Position numbers and translations under genes: made by a program
Notes under the pieces: generated by a model
What the model was told of the DNA's origin: nothing
What the model saw: only the letters and a program-made list of their open reading frames with translations
The model's database searches: none
Assembly: GCA_035464655.1 (NCBI GenBank)
Contig: DATHRZ010000044.1
Location: 33,015 to 97,014, forward strand
Reading direction: 5' to 3'
DNA from: Gemmatimonadota bacterium
GTDB taxonomy: Bacteria; Gemmatimonadota; Gemmatimonadetes; Palauibacterales; Palauibacteraceae
Length of the DNA stretch: 64,000 nucleotides
Shown: piece after piece, positions 55,523-64,000 of the stretch
Layout: each line of letters starts with the position of its first letter
Numbering within the stretch: the stretch's first letter is position 1

Positions 55523-56296
55523 CTACAGCGACCAGGACGTGACCTCGTCGAGAAGGCGGTGGTTGGTCAGGTCGAGATGCAGGGGCGTGACCGACACGAA
55601 GCCCGCTTCGACGGCCCGGAAGTCGGAATTCTCCCCGCCCGACCAGCTCGAGACGCCGCCACCGATCCAAAAGTACTCCCGGCCGCCGGGATCTTCGCGC
55701 CGGATGAGCGAATCGGAATAGACGCGCCGCCCCAGCGTCGTGACACGGATGCCCTCGATCTCCTCCACCGGCCTCATCGGAAGATTGATATTGAAGAACG
55801 TCTCCGCGGGAAAGTCGTCACGCACGATCAGACCGCGCAGCAACTCCGTGAGCAGCGTCGCGTAGGCGCCGAGGTCCTCGCGTCCTCCCCCCGCCCACGA
55901 CACCGCAATCGAAGGAATGCCGAGGATCGTGCCTTCCATGGCAGCAGCCACCGTTCCCGAGTACAGCACGTCTTCGCCCATGTTCGGCCCGTGGTTCACC
56001 CCCGAGAGGATGAAATCGGGACGCCACGGAAGCAGCTCCTTCACGGCGATGAGCACGCAATCGGTCGGAGTTCCGTCGATCACGTGGCGTCCCGGGCCGA
56101 CCTCGGTGACCCGCAGCGGGCGATGCAGCGTGAGCGAATGGCTGGTCGCGCTCTGCTCGCGATCGGGGGCGACGACGCGGGGCTCGCCGAGGACCGACGC
56201 CACGGACTCGAGGAGCTCGAGCCCCGGGGCGTGGATACCGTCGTCGTTCGTGCACAGGATGCGCCGTACCGGGGGCGTGTCGCCGTTGTGTGACAC
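55523..56296 (-). CDS. surE: 5'-nucleotidase SurE
   Basis: RILCTNDDGIHAPGL ... GVNHGPNMG. GTG start at 56296 is chosen; ATG 56350 would overlap the merR-family gene. Confidence 0.85.
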   Translation of the reverse strand: MSHNGDTPPVRRILCTNDDGIHAPGLELLESVASVLGEPRVVAPDREQSATSHSLTLHRPLRVTEVGPGRHVIDGTPTDCVLIAVKELLPWRPDFILSGVNHGPNMGEDVLYSGTVAAAMEGTILGIPSIAVSWAGGGREDLGAYATLLTELLRGLIVRDDFPAETFFNINLPMRPVEEIEGIRVTTLGRRVYSDSLIRREDPGGREYFWIGGGVSSWSGGENSDFRAVEAGFVSVTPLHLDLTNHRLLDEVTSWSL

Positions 56297-56300
56297 AGTC

Positions 56301-56651
56301 TCAGACGTCGAGGAGATCGACCAGCTCGTCGGCTTCCTGCCGCAGGTCACGCACGGTCTCGTTGCTCCAGGCGATGCGCGACGCGCGGGTGATCTTTCCC
56401 TCTTTGCGGAGTTCCTCGAGCTTTTGGCGCGCGCCCTCGATCGTGTAGCGCTCGGTGTGCAGGAGATGGCGGATCAGGTGGATCAGCTTGATCTCCTTGC
56501 GTCGGTAGACCCGGTTGCCTCCGCTGTTCTTCGACGGACGGAGCGCCGAGAACTGGGTCTCCCAATACCGCAGGACGTGCGGTTTCAGGTCGACGAGTTC
56601 GCAGACCTCGCCGATCGAGTAGTACTCCTTGGGGGCGATACGGTCGGCCAA
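56301..56651 (-). CDS. MerR-family transcriptional regulator
   Basis: N-terminal HTH YYSIGEVCELVDLKPHVLRYWETQF, and a C-terminal coiled coil. Confidence 0.8.
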   Translation of the reverse strand: MADRIAPKEYYSIGEVCELVDLKPHVLRYWETQFSALRPSKNSGGNRVYRRKEIKLIHLIRHLLHTERYTIEGARQKLEELRKEGKITRASRIAWSNETVRDLRQEADELVDLLDV

Positions 56652-56655
56652 GCGC

Positions 56656-57666
56656 TCAGCTCCAGCGTTCGGGTTTGGGCTCGCGCGCCATCAGTCGGGC
56701 GAGCGCCGCCATCGGATCGACACTCTCGTACAGCACGGAGTATACGGCTTCGACGATGGGCATTTCCACCCCGTGGGCCGAGGCGAGCTCGCGGGCCGCT
56801 CGCGTGGTGCGCACGCCCTCGGCCACGGCATCCATTTCCTCCAGTACGGTTTCGAGATTGCGGCCCGACCCGAGGGCGAGACCAACCCGCCGATTGCGGC
56901 TCAGATCGCCCGTGCAGGTGAGCACCAGGTCGCCCATGCCTGCCAGTCCGGCCAGCGTCACGGCCTGCCCGCCCCCGGTCTCGACCAGGCGGCCCATCTC
57001 GGCCAGGCCGCGGGTCAGGAGCGCCGCCCGGGCATTGTTGCCGAGGCCCAGGCCGTCGCTGATACCGGCGGCGATGGCCATCACGTTCTTGAGCGACCCC
57101 CCCACCTCCGTGCCGACTACGTCCGACTGCGTGTACAGCCTGAAGCGCTCGCTCTGGAACATCTCCTGGACGGCCTTCGCATGACCCGTGTCGGACGATG
57201 CCAGGGTGACCGCGGTGGGCAACCCGCGAGCCAGTTCGGCGGCGAAGCTCGGACCGGAGAGTACGACGACGCCCTCGGCGAGGGCTCCGGGCAGGACTTC
57301 GGCCAGGACCTGCGACATCCGCAGATTCGACTCGAGCTCGAGTCCCTTCGAGGCGCTGATCAACAGGGCATCCGGTGCGACGTGCGGGGCGGCCGCCGAC
57401 ATCACCGAGCGGACGTAGTGCGACGGGCTCACCGAGAGCACGGCGTCGGCCTCGTCCAGGACGGCGGAGATGTCGCGATCGACGTCGAGGTCGGGCGCCA
57501 GGTCGACGCCCGGCAGGTACCGTTCGTTGCGGCCCGTCGCCTTCAGGTCCGCCTCGAGCTCCTCGGACCACGCCCACAGCCGGACCTCGTGTCCGTTGCG
57601 CGCCAGCGCGTCCGCCAGGGCGGTGCCCCAGCTTCCCGCGCCCAGCACGGCGACGCGGCGACTCAT
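56656..57666 (-). CDS. gpsA: Glycerol-3-phosphate dehydrogenase [NAD(P)+]
   Basis: VAVLGAGSWGTALA Rossmann motif ... GSLKNVMAIAAG. Confidence 0.95.
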   Translation of the reverse strand: MSRRVAVLGAGSWGTALADALARNGHEVRLWAWSEELEADLKATGRNERYLPGVDLAPDLDVDRDISAVLDEADAVLSVSPSHYVRSVMSAAAPHVAPDALLISASKGLELESNLRMSQVLAEVLPGALAEGVVVLSGPSFAAELARGLPTAVTLASSDTGHAKAVQEMFQSERFRLYTQSDVVGTEVGGSLKNVMAIAAGISDGLGLGNNARAALLTRGLAEMGRLVETGGGQAVTLAGLAGMGDLVLTCTGDLSRNRRVGLALGSGRNLETVLEEMDAVAEGVRTTRAARELASAHGVEMPIVEAVYSVLYESVDPMAALARLMAREPKPERWS

Positions 57667-58280
57667 TCCGCGGCTCCGGAGCGGCGGCCCGACCCGAACC
57701 GGTGCTCCGTACCGGCCGCGAGCCGCCGGATGTTCTCACGGTGTGTCCACCAGACGAACAGGGCTACGACCGCGCAGAACCAGACGGTCGCGGTAGGCGC
57801 GTCGAAAACGAGGGCGAGCAGTGGAACGAGCGTGGCCGTCGCGATCGACCCGACCGACACGTAGCGGGTCAGCGACACGATGCCGATCCATACCAGCAGG
57901 GCGACGAGCGTGGCGAGCGGCGCCAGTGCGAGAAGGACGCCCGCACCCGTTGCGACCCCCTTCCCTCCACGAAATCGTAGCGTGAACGGCCAGACGTGTC
58001 CGGCGATCGCCGCAAGTCCGTAGGCCACGGCCAGGCTGGCCCCCGCCGTTCCGTCCCAACCCGGAAAAAACCACGCCGGGACGAAACCCTTGGCGACGTC
58101 GACGACGACCACCGGCGCCGCCGCGCCGGCGCCGAGCACCCGGTAGACGTTCGTGGCACCCAGATTTCCGCTGCCGTGCTCCCGAAGATCGATGCCGCGC
58201 ATCCGCCCGACCAGGAAGCCGGACGGCAGGCTTCCAAGCACATAGGCCAGCAGCACGAAGACCAGAACCTCGGCACTCAT
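57663..58280 (-). CDS. plsY: Glycerol-3-phosphate acyltransferase PlsY
   Basis: GSGNLGATNV ... GGKGVATGAG, the PlsY signature motifs. Confidence 0.9.
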   Translation of the reverse strand: MSAEVLVFVLLAYVLGSLPSGFLVGRMRGIDLREHGSGNLGATNVYRVLGAGAAAPVVVVDVAKGFVPAWFFPGWDGTAGASLAVAYGLAAIAGHVWPFTLRFRGGKGVATGAGVLLALAPLATLVALLVWIGIVSLTRYVSVGSIATATLVPLLALVFDAPTATVWFCAVVALFVWWTHRENIRRLAAGTEHRFGSGRRSGAAE

Positions 58281-59650
58281 CTCCGTTCCTCGTCGCGGTC
58301 ACGGGCGCGGGTGCGGATACGCAGGGGCGCGCCCTCGAATCCCCACGCCTCGCGGAATCCATTGTGAAGATAACGGATGTAGGAGTCGAGCAAGTCGCGG
58401 GGGCGGTTGACCCAGACGACGAAGGTCGGTGGATCGACCGCCACCTGGCTGGCGTAAAGAATCTTCACGTCGCCCCGCGACCCCTGCGGGGGCTGCTGGC
58501 GCTCGACGAGGCGGCGCAGGACACGGTTCACCTCTGCGGTCGGCACCCGTTTCTCGCGTGCCGCCTGCACGTTGCGCGCGATCTCCAGCACGCGCCGCAC
58601 CCGCTTTCCGCTCAGGGCCGACGTCGTGACGATCGGAACCCAGCGCAGGTACGGGGCGCGGTCGCGGAGCTCCTTCTCGAACAAAGCCACGACGTCGGGA
58701 CCCCGGTCCTCGATGAGATCCCACTTGTTGGCGACCAGGATGAGGCCGCACCCGGCGTCCCACGCCTGCTCGCCGATCCGGAAGTCCTGATTGGTGACGC
58801 CGGCCAAACAGTCGACGACCAGGGCGCACACGTCGGCTCGCTCGATCGCCCGGGCCGCCCTCAGCCGGCTGTAGAACTCGACGTCGTCGTCGACCCGTGC
58901 CCGGCGCCGCAGCCCGGCCGTGTCGATGAGGCAGATCCGGTCGCCCTCGAACTCGAGATAGGTGTCGATGGCGTCGCGGGTGGTTCCCGCCTCGTGGTGC
59001 ACGAGTACGCGCTCCTCGCCCAGCAGACGGTTCACGAAGCTCGACTTGCCGACGTTCGGCTTGCCGATCACGGCAAGGCGCAAGGTGACGTCTTCGGCCA
59101 GGGCGGGCGGCGGATCGGGCAGCGCCCGAACGACGTGATCGAGCAGGTCTCCCGTACCCCGTCCGCTCAACGCGGAAACGGGTGTCGGGTTCGCCAGCCC
59201 GAGTTCGTGGAACTCGTGATGTTCGAGGGCAGCGGCGGGATCGTCGAGCTTGTTGACGGCCAGCACGATCGGCCGACCCGACTTCCGCATCAGCTCCGCG
59301 ACGTGCTGATCGACGGGATGAACGCCTGTTCGTCCGTCGACGACGAACAGGATTACGTCGGCGTGCTCGACCGCCGTCATGACCTGCCGGCGCACGTCGC
59401 CGTCGAGCGGACCGGGGTCGTCGTCGAGGATGCCGCCGGTGTCCACCAGCCGGAAATCCCTGCCGCTCCAGTCGGCCACGGCGAATTGCCGGTCGCGGGT
59501 CACGCCGGGACGCTCGGCGACGATCGCGACCCGCCGGCCGAGGATCCGGTTGAACAGAGTGGACTTCCCGACGTTCGGACGCCCCACGATGGCTACGGTC
59601 GGCAGGCCTAAACCTTCGCCAGCGTCTCCGTTATGTGCGTGGACGGGCAT
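58277..59650 (-). CDS. der: GTPase Der/EngA (tandem GTPase domains plus KH-like domain)
   Basis: Two P-loops GRPNVGKSTLFN and GKPNVGKSSFVN, and two DTAG motifs. The start may lie slightly downstream of 59650, which overlaps the DUF512 gene by 43 nt. Confidence 0.85.
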   Translation of the reverse strand: MPVHAHNGDAGEGLGLPTVAIVGRPNVGKSTLFNRILGRRVAIVAERPGVTRDRQFAVADWSGRDFRLVDTGGILDDDPGPLDGDVRRQVMTAVEHADVILFVVDGRTGVHPVDQHVAELMRKSGRPIVLAVNKLDDPAAALEHHEFHELGLANPTPVSALSGRGTGDLLDHVVRALPDPPPALAEDVTLRLAVIGKPNVGKSSFVNRLLGEERVLVHHEAGTTRDAIDTYLEFEGDRICLIDTAGLRRRARVDDDVEFYSRLRAARAIERADVCALVVDCLAGVTNQDFRIGEQAWDAGCGLILVANKWDLIEDRGPDVVALFEKELRDRAPYLRWVPIVTTSALSGKRVRRVLEIARNVQAAREKRVPTAEVNRVLRRLVERQQPPQGSRGDVKILYASQVAVDPPTFVVWVNRPRDLLDSYIRYLHNGFREAWGFEGAPLRIRTRARDRDEERR

Positions 59651-60885
59651 ATCTCGAGCTCCGGTAGTTCTGCCTGCAGTTCTTCAAGCCGCATGTCGTC
59701 GAGAAACAGTTCATCATCGTTCAGCGCCGACCGGCTGAACAGGGCGAGGTCGAAGTTCCGGTATGGGCGCAACGCCCGAAGATGATCATCGCCGCCGAGC
59801 AATCCCGCCGTCGTGACCATCGGACCGTACAACCCGTTGACGACCGACACGGTCTCCACCTGCGCCCCCGTCGCCGCGGCGATGTCGTCACCGAGCTCGC
59901 GCAGGTGTCGCGCCATCGACGTACCCGTGACGAGCGCGATGCGGCGGCCGTCGAGCCGCGGCAACCGGTCGAGGTCGCCCTTCACCTGGTCCCGCAGAAT
60001 GGAAATTGCGCCTACCCCGTTCGCCATCAGTTCCTGGTCGTCGAAATAGTCGGCCCCCGGGACGGCGACGTCGGCCTGCAGGAACAGCTCGTCGGCCGCG
60101 TAGCACCAGGCGGTCCCCCGCTCCGAGCGCGCCCGGTCGCGCGCCCCGTCGATCATCGTCAGCGCGGCGCGGCATTCGTCCCGCGTCAGCCCCCGGATAC
60201 CACGATCGGCGTTGAACTCCGTCAGCCCGACAGGGACGATCGACAGCGAGATCACGTCGGAACCCCGTGCATAAAGATCGTCGATCGTCCGGCGCAGGAT
60301 CTCGCCGTCGTTCACGTCCGGGCACAGGACGACCTGCGCGTGCACTCGGATGTCCCCTGCCGCCAGTCGGTCGAGATCCTGGTTGATATTCGCCGACCTC
60401 GGGTTGACCAGCATCCGCCGCCGCGCCTCGGGGTCGGTCGCGTGGACGCTGACGTACAGGGGCGTGAGCCGCTGCTCGAAGATCCGCTCCCAGTCGTCGT
60501 CCCGCAGGTTCGTGAGGGTGACGTAGTGCCCGAACATGAACGACAGCCGGTAGTCGTCGTCCTTGATGTAGAGGTTCGCGCGTAGCTTGTCGACCTTCGG
60601 GTTCCCCTTCACGAAGCAGAACGGGCAGGCGTTCGTGCACCGTCGAACCTTGTCGGGCTCGGGAACGATCCCTAGGACGAGGTTCGGATCCTTCTCGATG
60701 TCGTAGACGACCGGCGCGCCGTCGGCCTCCGCGCCCTCGACGATCAGCTTCGCGTCGGCCTCGTAGAACATGAGGTCGAGCGCGTCACGCAACTCGTGAT
60801 CGTTGATCGTGAACAGGCACGAACCGGGTCCGATTCCCACCTCTTCCGCGATCGAATCCGGACGGACGGACTGAACGCGGATCAT
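59608..60885 (-). CDS. DUF512-family radical-SAM-like protein
   Basis: 425 aa. Cys cluster CTNACPFCFV, followed by a conserved DUF512-type C-terminal region. Confidence 0.65.
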   Translation of the reverse strand: MIRVQSVRPDSIAEEVGIGPGSCLFTINDHELRDALDLMFYEADAKLIVEGAEADGAPVVYDIEKDPNLVLGIVPEPDKVRRCTNACPFCFVKGNPKVDKLRANLYIKDDDYRLSFMFGHYVTLTNLRDDDWERIFEQRLTPLYVSVHATDPEARRRMLVNPRSANINQDLDRLAAGDIRVHAQVVLCPDVNDGEILRRTIDDLYARGSDVISLSIVPVGLTEFNADRGIRGLTRDECRAALTMIDGARDRARSERGTAWCYAADELFLQADVAVPGADYFDDQELMANGVGAISILRDQVKGDLDRLPRLDGRRIALVTGTSMARHLRELGDDIAAATGAQVETVSVVNGLYGPMVTTAGLLGGDDHLRALRPYRNFDLALFSRSALNDDELFLDDMRLEELQAELPELEICPSTHITETLAKV

Positions 60886-60907
60886 CCGTCCGCCCGGAGT
60901 TGATCGT

Positions 60908-62245
60908 TCAGGACGCAGGCGCCTCGTAGCGGAAGCCCGCGATGGGCGCGTCCGTCTCGACCTGCAGCGAAAACGCCGCCACTTCGCCCTCGGCGGGAAC
61001 GGTGATATCGAGAGTTTCCGTCATCACGTCGGCGCCGTCCTCGTCGACGAGCGTGACCGGAATCGACAGGGTCGTCCCGGCCTCGGCCGCGCGAGCCATG
61101 ACTTCGCCGTCGATCGAATACACGTTGCCGTTCATCGGGGTGATCTGACTACGCAACACCTCGACCGGCAGCGCATCGCGCCGCTCGAGCAACTCGAGGG
61201 CCCGGTCGGAGTCACCGAGCTCGCGGTGCGAGTTCGCGACCAGGTTGTAGGGAACGCGCTCTAGCGGATAGCGCTCGACGAGCTGCTCGGCCAGCGGCAG
61301 GAGCTGCTCGTAGCGCTCGGCCTGGTAGTGGGAGTTCGCGAGGTTCTCGAGCGTTTCCTTGTTGTGCGGATTCAGTTCGTAGGCACGCTCGAACGCTTCG
61401 GCGGCCCGGGCGAAATTCTGGGCGCGGTACAATCCGATTCCCACCTGCGACCACTGGTTGAACGTGAGGTCGTCGCGGTTCATCAACTCGGAGAAGATCT
61501 CCTGCGCCTCGTCCTCGCGCTCGGCGTTCATCAGCGCGATGGCGAAGTTCAGCCGTCCGAGCACGTCGTCGGGGTTGGCGGAGCTGTAGTCCTCGTAGAT
61601 CTCGAGCGCGCCCTCGACGTCGCCGGCCTGCTGCTTGAGCGTCGCGAGGTTGATGCTGGCCGTGCGGACGATCTGATCCTCGCCGCCCGCATCGAGCGCC
61701 ATCTGGTAGAGCTCGATAGCCTTCGCCTGGTCACCGCCCTGCTGATAGAGTTGTCCGGCGTAAGCCAGCGACCGCGCGTCGCGGTTGATGACGTTAGCCG
61801 TCTCGAACCTCTCGAGCGCCGCAGGCGTATCGCCCTGTCGGAGGGCTTCGATACCCGCGTTGAAATGGTCGACCCACGAGTTGAAGCGCATGCGCTGCGC
61901 CTGGTCCTCGCACTGGGGTGCGATTTCTACGAGTGTCGTCAGCATCGAGTCGGCCCCGACCAGGTCTCGCAACTCGAGGTAGGCGTTCGCGGCGAGCAGA
62001 TACGAGCGCGCCGGCACCTCTTCCATGCTCCAGTTCTCCTCGAGCTTTTCGAGGGCCCGCTTATACCGTTCTTCCTGGGGCCGAGTGTCGGTCCGGCTGG
62101 CGGCGAGGGAGAACTCGACTTCGGCGCTTCGCGTGTTGCGGTTGCCTTCGTCGACGCAGTCGCCGTCCTGAGCGTATGCGCCGGTCGGAAGCATCAGCAG
62201 CGCCATGAGTCCTGCCGTGGCGTAGTTCCAGCTATCTTTCTTCAT
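60908..62245 (-). CDS. Secreted TPR-repeat protein with a C-terminal beta-rich domain
   Basis: Signal peptide MKKDSWNYATAGLMALLMLPTGAYAQD, then multiple TPR-like units (AYAGQLYQQGGDQAKAIELYQMAL ...). GC content is somewhat lower than in the neighbours. Start ATG at 62245; the longer track ORF is rejected. Confidence 0.65.
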   Translation of the reverse strand: MKKDSWNYATAGLMALLMLPTGAYAQDGDCVDEGNRNTRSAEVEFSLAASRTDTRPQEERYKRALEKLEENWSMEEVPARSYLLAANAYLELRDLVGADSMLTTLVEIAPQCEDQAQRMRFNSWVDHFNAGIEALRQGDTPAALERFETANVINRDARSLAYAGQLYQQGGDQAKAIELYQMALDAGGEDQIVRTASINLATLKQQAGDVEGALEIYEDYSSANPDDVLGRLNFAIALMNAEREDEAQEIFSELMNRDDLTFNQWSQVGIGLYRAQNFARAAEAFERAYELNPHNKETLENLANSHYQAERYEQLLPLAEQLVERYPLERVPYNLVANSHRELGDSDRALELLERRDALPVEVLRSQITPMNGNVYSIDGEVMARAAEAGTTLSIPVTLVDEDGADVMTETLDITVPAEGEVAAFSLQVETDAPIAGFRYEAPAS

Positions 62246-62388
62246 GATTCCGTCTGGTCCTGTCATGAGTTCGGTTTCGATGCAGCGTTCGGTACAGGGT
62301 TCCGTGATCCTGCCGGTTTCGCTTTTCGACGCGCCGGAGCTTTCGCCCACGATCCTCGCTCACGTCAGAACTCCGCGCAACCGGGTCT

Positions 62389-63546
62389 TCATGTCGTATA
62401 CCATCCGTAGTTCGAGAGGTTTCCGGTATTGAACAGCACGACGGTGTCTCCCGGCTTCAGATCGCCCCGCGCGAGCAGGCGGCGCATGCCCGCCAGTACG
62501 GCGCCTCCCTCGATGCCGGGCGCCACGCCGTCGACGGCTGCGAGCTGCTCTCCCGAGGCCCGCATCTCGTCGTCGGAGACCCGTACGCCCCCACCTCCCG
62601 AGTCCCGCAGAGCCCGCAGCATGAGCGCGTCTCCGCGCGCCGACGGCACGCGAAGCCCCCAGGCGGCGGTGCGGGCGTCGGTCCACGCCTCGATCCGGCC
62701 CTCCCCCGATTCCCACGCCCGCACGACCGGCGCGCATCCCTCGGCCTGCACGGCGTACATCCGGGTGTCGATGCCGTCGATCCAGCCGAGTCCGGCTGCC
62801 TCCTCGAGCGCCTTCCACGTCCCGATCAGGCCCGTGCCGCCGCCGGTCGGGTACACGACGGCGTCCGGCGGCCGCCAGTCGAGGGCTTCGAGAATCTCCA
62901 GCCCCATCGTCTTCTTCCCTTCGATGCGGAACGGCTCGCGCAGCGTGGACAGGTCGAAAGCGTCCGTCTCGCGCGCGAACTCGGCGGCGCGCGCGCCGCA
63001 GTCCGAAATCAGGCCGGGCACGAGCCGGACGTCGGCTCCGAAGACCCGACAGCGGGCCGTCACGGCGGGCGGCGTGTCTTCGGGGATGAAGATCGTCGCA
63101 GTGCGACCGGCGCGTGCCGCGTAAGCGGCCAGCGCGACGCCGGCGTTCCCCGCGCTCGGCAGGACGAACGACTCGGCCCCGTCGAGTGTCGCGCGCGTGA
63201 CGGCCGCCGACATCCCCCGGTCCTTGAAGCTCCCCGTCGGGTTTCCACCCTCCTCCTTCAACCAGAGCCGAAGGCCGGTATCGAGGCTCGTCCGCGGCAG
63301 CTCGAGCAGCGGAGTTCCTCCTTCCCCGAGGCTGACCGGCGTCTCCTCCGGGCCGAGCGGCAACAGCTCGCGGTAGCGCCACATCCCGGGTGCGCGCGTC
63401 CTCCACCGTTCCCGGAGGCCGGCGGCGTCGTGCGGCCGGTCGTACCGCACGAGCTGCGGCTCTCCACACGTGGGGCACAGCGCCGCGAGCGGCCGGGGCC
63501 CGGACGCATGGTCGCAGGCGCTACAGGCGAGCCGCCAGGTGCTCAT
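62389..63546 (-). CDS. thrC: Threonine synthase (short form) with an N-terminal Cys4 zinc-ribbon
   Basis: PLP-lysine motif GGNPTGSFKDRG, plus CSACDH ... CPTCGEP at the N-terminus. Confidence 0.85.
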   Translation of the reverse strand: MSTWRLACSACDHASGPRPLAALCPTCGEPQLVRYDRPHDAAGLRERWRTRAPGMWRYRELLPLGPEETPVSLGEGGTPLLELPRTSLDTGLRLWLKEEGGNPTGSFKDRGMSAAVTRATLDGAESFVLPSAGNAGVALAAYAARAGRTATIFIPEDTPPAVTARCRVFGADVRLVPGLISDCGARAAEFARETDAFDLSTLREPFRIEGKKTMGLEILEALDWRPPDAVVYPTGGGTGLIGTWKALEEAAGLGWIDGIDTRMYAVQAEGCAPVVRAWESGEGRIEAWTDARTAAWGLRVPSARGDALMLRALRDSGGGGVRVSDDEMRASGEQLAAVDGVAPGIEGGAVLAGMRRLLARGDLKPGDTVVLFNTGNLSNYGWYTT

Positions 63547-64000
63547 GAGCCGGCCTCCGCGGCGCTGAGCTCCGACAGGATCCGTTCTGCCGTGGTGCGG
63601 CCGATTCCCGGAACTTCGGTCAGCTCGTCGACCGAGCTTCGCCGGATCGCCGCCACGCTCCCGAACCGCCGGAGCAGATCGGCCTCGCGCCGAGGCCCGA
63701 CGCCCGGAACCTCGGACAGGCGCGAATGCAGGGTGCGGCGGCGGCGCAGGCGGCGGTTGTAGCCCACGGCGAAGCGATGCGCCTCGTTGCGCGCACGCTG
63801 CAGCCAGTGGAGAGCGGGATCCGACGCCCCGAGGCGGATCGGCGCGTCCCGGCCCGGCCGGAAGACTTCCTCGAGCCGTTTGGCGAGCGCGGCGACGGGA
63901 ACGTCGGAGGCACCCGCCGACTCCATCCCCTGGAGCGCAGCCCCGAGCTGACCCTTCCCGCCGTCGATCAGCACGAGATCCGGGAGCGCCCCTTCCTCGG
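63543..64000 (-). CDS. uvrC: Excinuclease ABC subunit C, C-terminal part (5' end of the gene lies outside the window)
   Basis: LVLIDGGKGQL (read across the window edge), followed by the HhH region ... LSEVPGVGPRR. Confidence 0.8.
   Translation of the reverse strand, partial: EEGALPDLVLIDGGKGQLGAALQGMESAGASDVPVAALAKRLEEVFRPGRDAPIRLGASDPALHWLQRARNEAHRFAVGYNRRLRRRRTLHSRLSEVPGVGPRREADLLRRFGSVAAIRRSSVDELTEVPGIGRTTAERILSELSAAEAGS

Noticed and set aside
56283-56295. Short palindrome TGTGT-G-ACACA between the merR-family stop and surE start
   Set aside because: It has only 5-bp arms in a 4-nt intergenic junction, so a chance occurrence is likely. Noted only in case the MerR regulator autoregulates.

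Overview
This 64 kb window is a very GC-rich (about 68-70% by eye) bacterial chromosomal segment made almost entirely of core housekeeping genes. I can see no rRNA, tRNA, CRISPR array, transposase or prophage gene. Gene order, read left to right: a class I aminotransferase (3' end runs off the window, minus strand); an unknown 119-aa ORF followed by moaD-moaE-moaA; a small unknown ORF; malate dehydrogenase; a small membrane protein; an HD-GYP phosphodiesterase with a degenerate receiver domain (minus strand); a DUF423 membrane protein; dcd and an alpha/beta hydrolase (minus strand). A complete respiratory complex I operon nuoA-B-CD(fused)-E-F-G-H-I-J-K-L-M-N follows. After it, all on the plus strand, come phosphomannomutase, an orphan carbamate kinase, sucC-sucD-ndk, yceD-rpmF-fabD-fabG-acpP-fabF (no plsX or fabH), purE, ispF, a DedA protein, a XerD-type recombinase, a nitroreductase, and a secreted bactofilin-like protein. 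Next is a long Kdo, LPS-transport and sigma-54 operon: kdsB-pyrG-kdsA-kdsC-kdsD-lptC-lptA-lptB-rpoN. Instead of the usual hpf and ptsN, rpoN is followed, with overlapping start and stop codons, by five glycosylation genes: a GtrB-like membrane GT2, a GT4, a YfhO-type GT-C, an MprF-flippase-like membrane protein, and a Ppm1-like polyprenol-phosphate-mannose synthase. Every gene from nuoA (8332) to the Ppm1-like gene (51801) is on the plus strand. Everything after that is on the minus strand: chrA, a membrane-anchored TPR protein, a second DedA, pcm, surE, a MerR regulator, gpsA, plsY, der, a DUF512 radical-SAM protein, a secreted TPR protein, thrC with an N-terminal Cys4 ribbon, and the 3' part of uvrC. 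The best candidate for something undescribed is the rpoN-coupled glycosylation module with unknown substrate (45211-51801). Also worth a look are a perfect AT-rich 12-2-12 palindrome inside the GT4 coding sequence, a four-repeat 470-aa LptA, a secreted bactofilin-like beta-helix fused to a barrel-like domain, and AT-rich inverted and tandem repeats in the nuoA leader. All calls come from reading translations by eye. No database search was run, and start codons in this GC-rich DNA are approximate.
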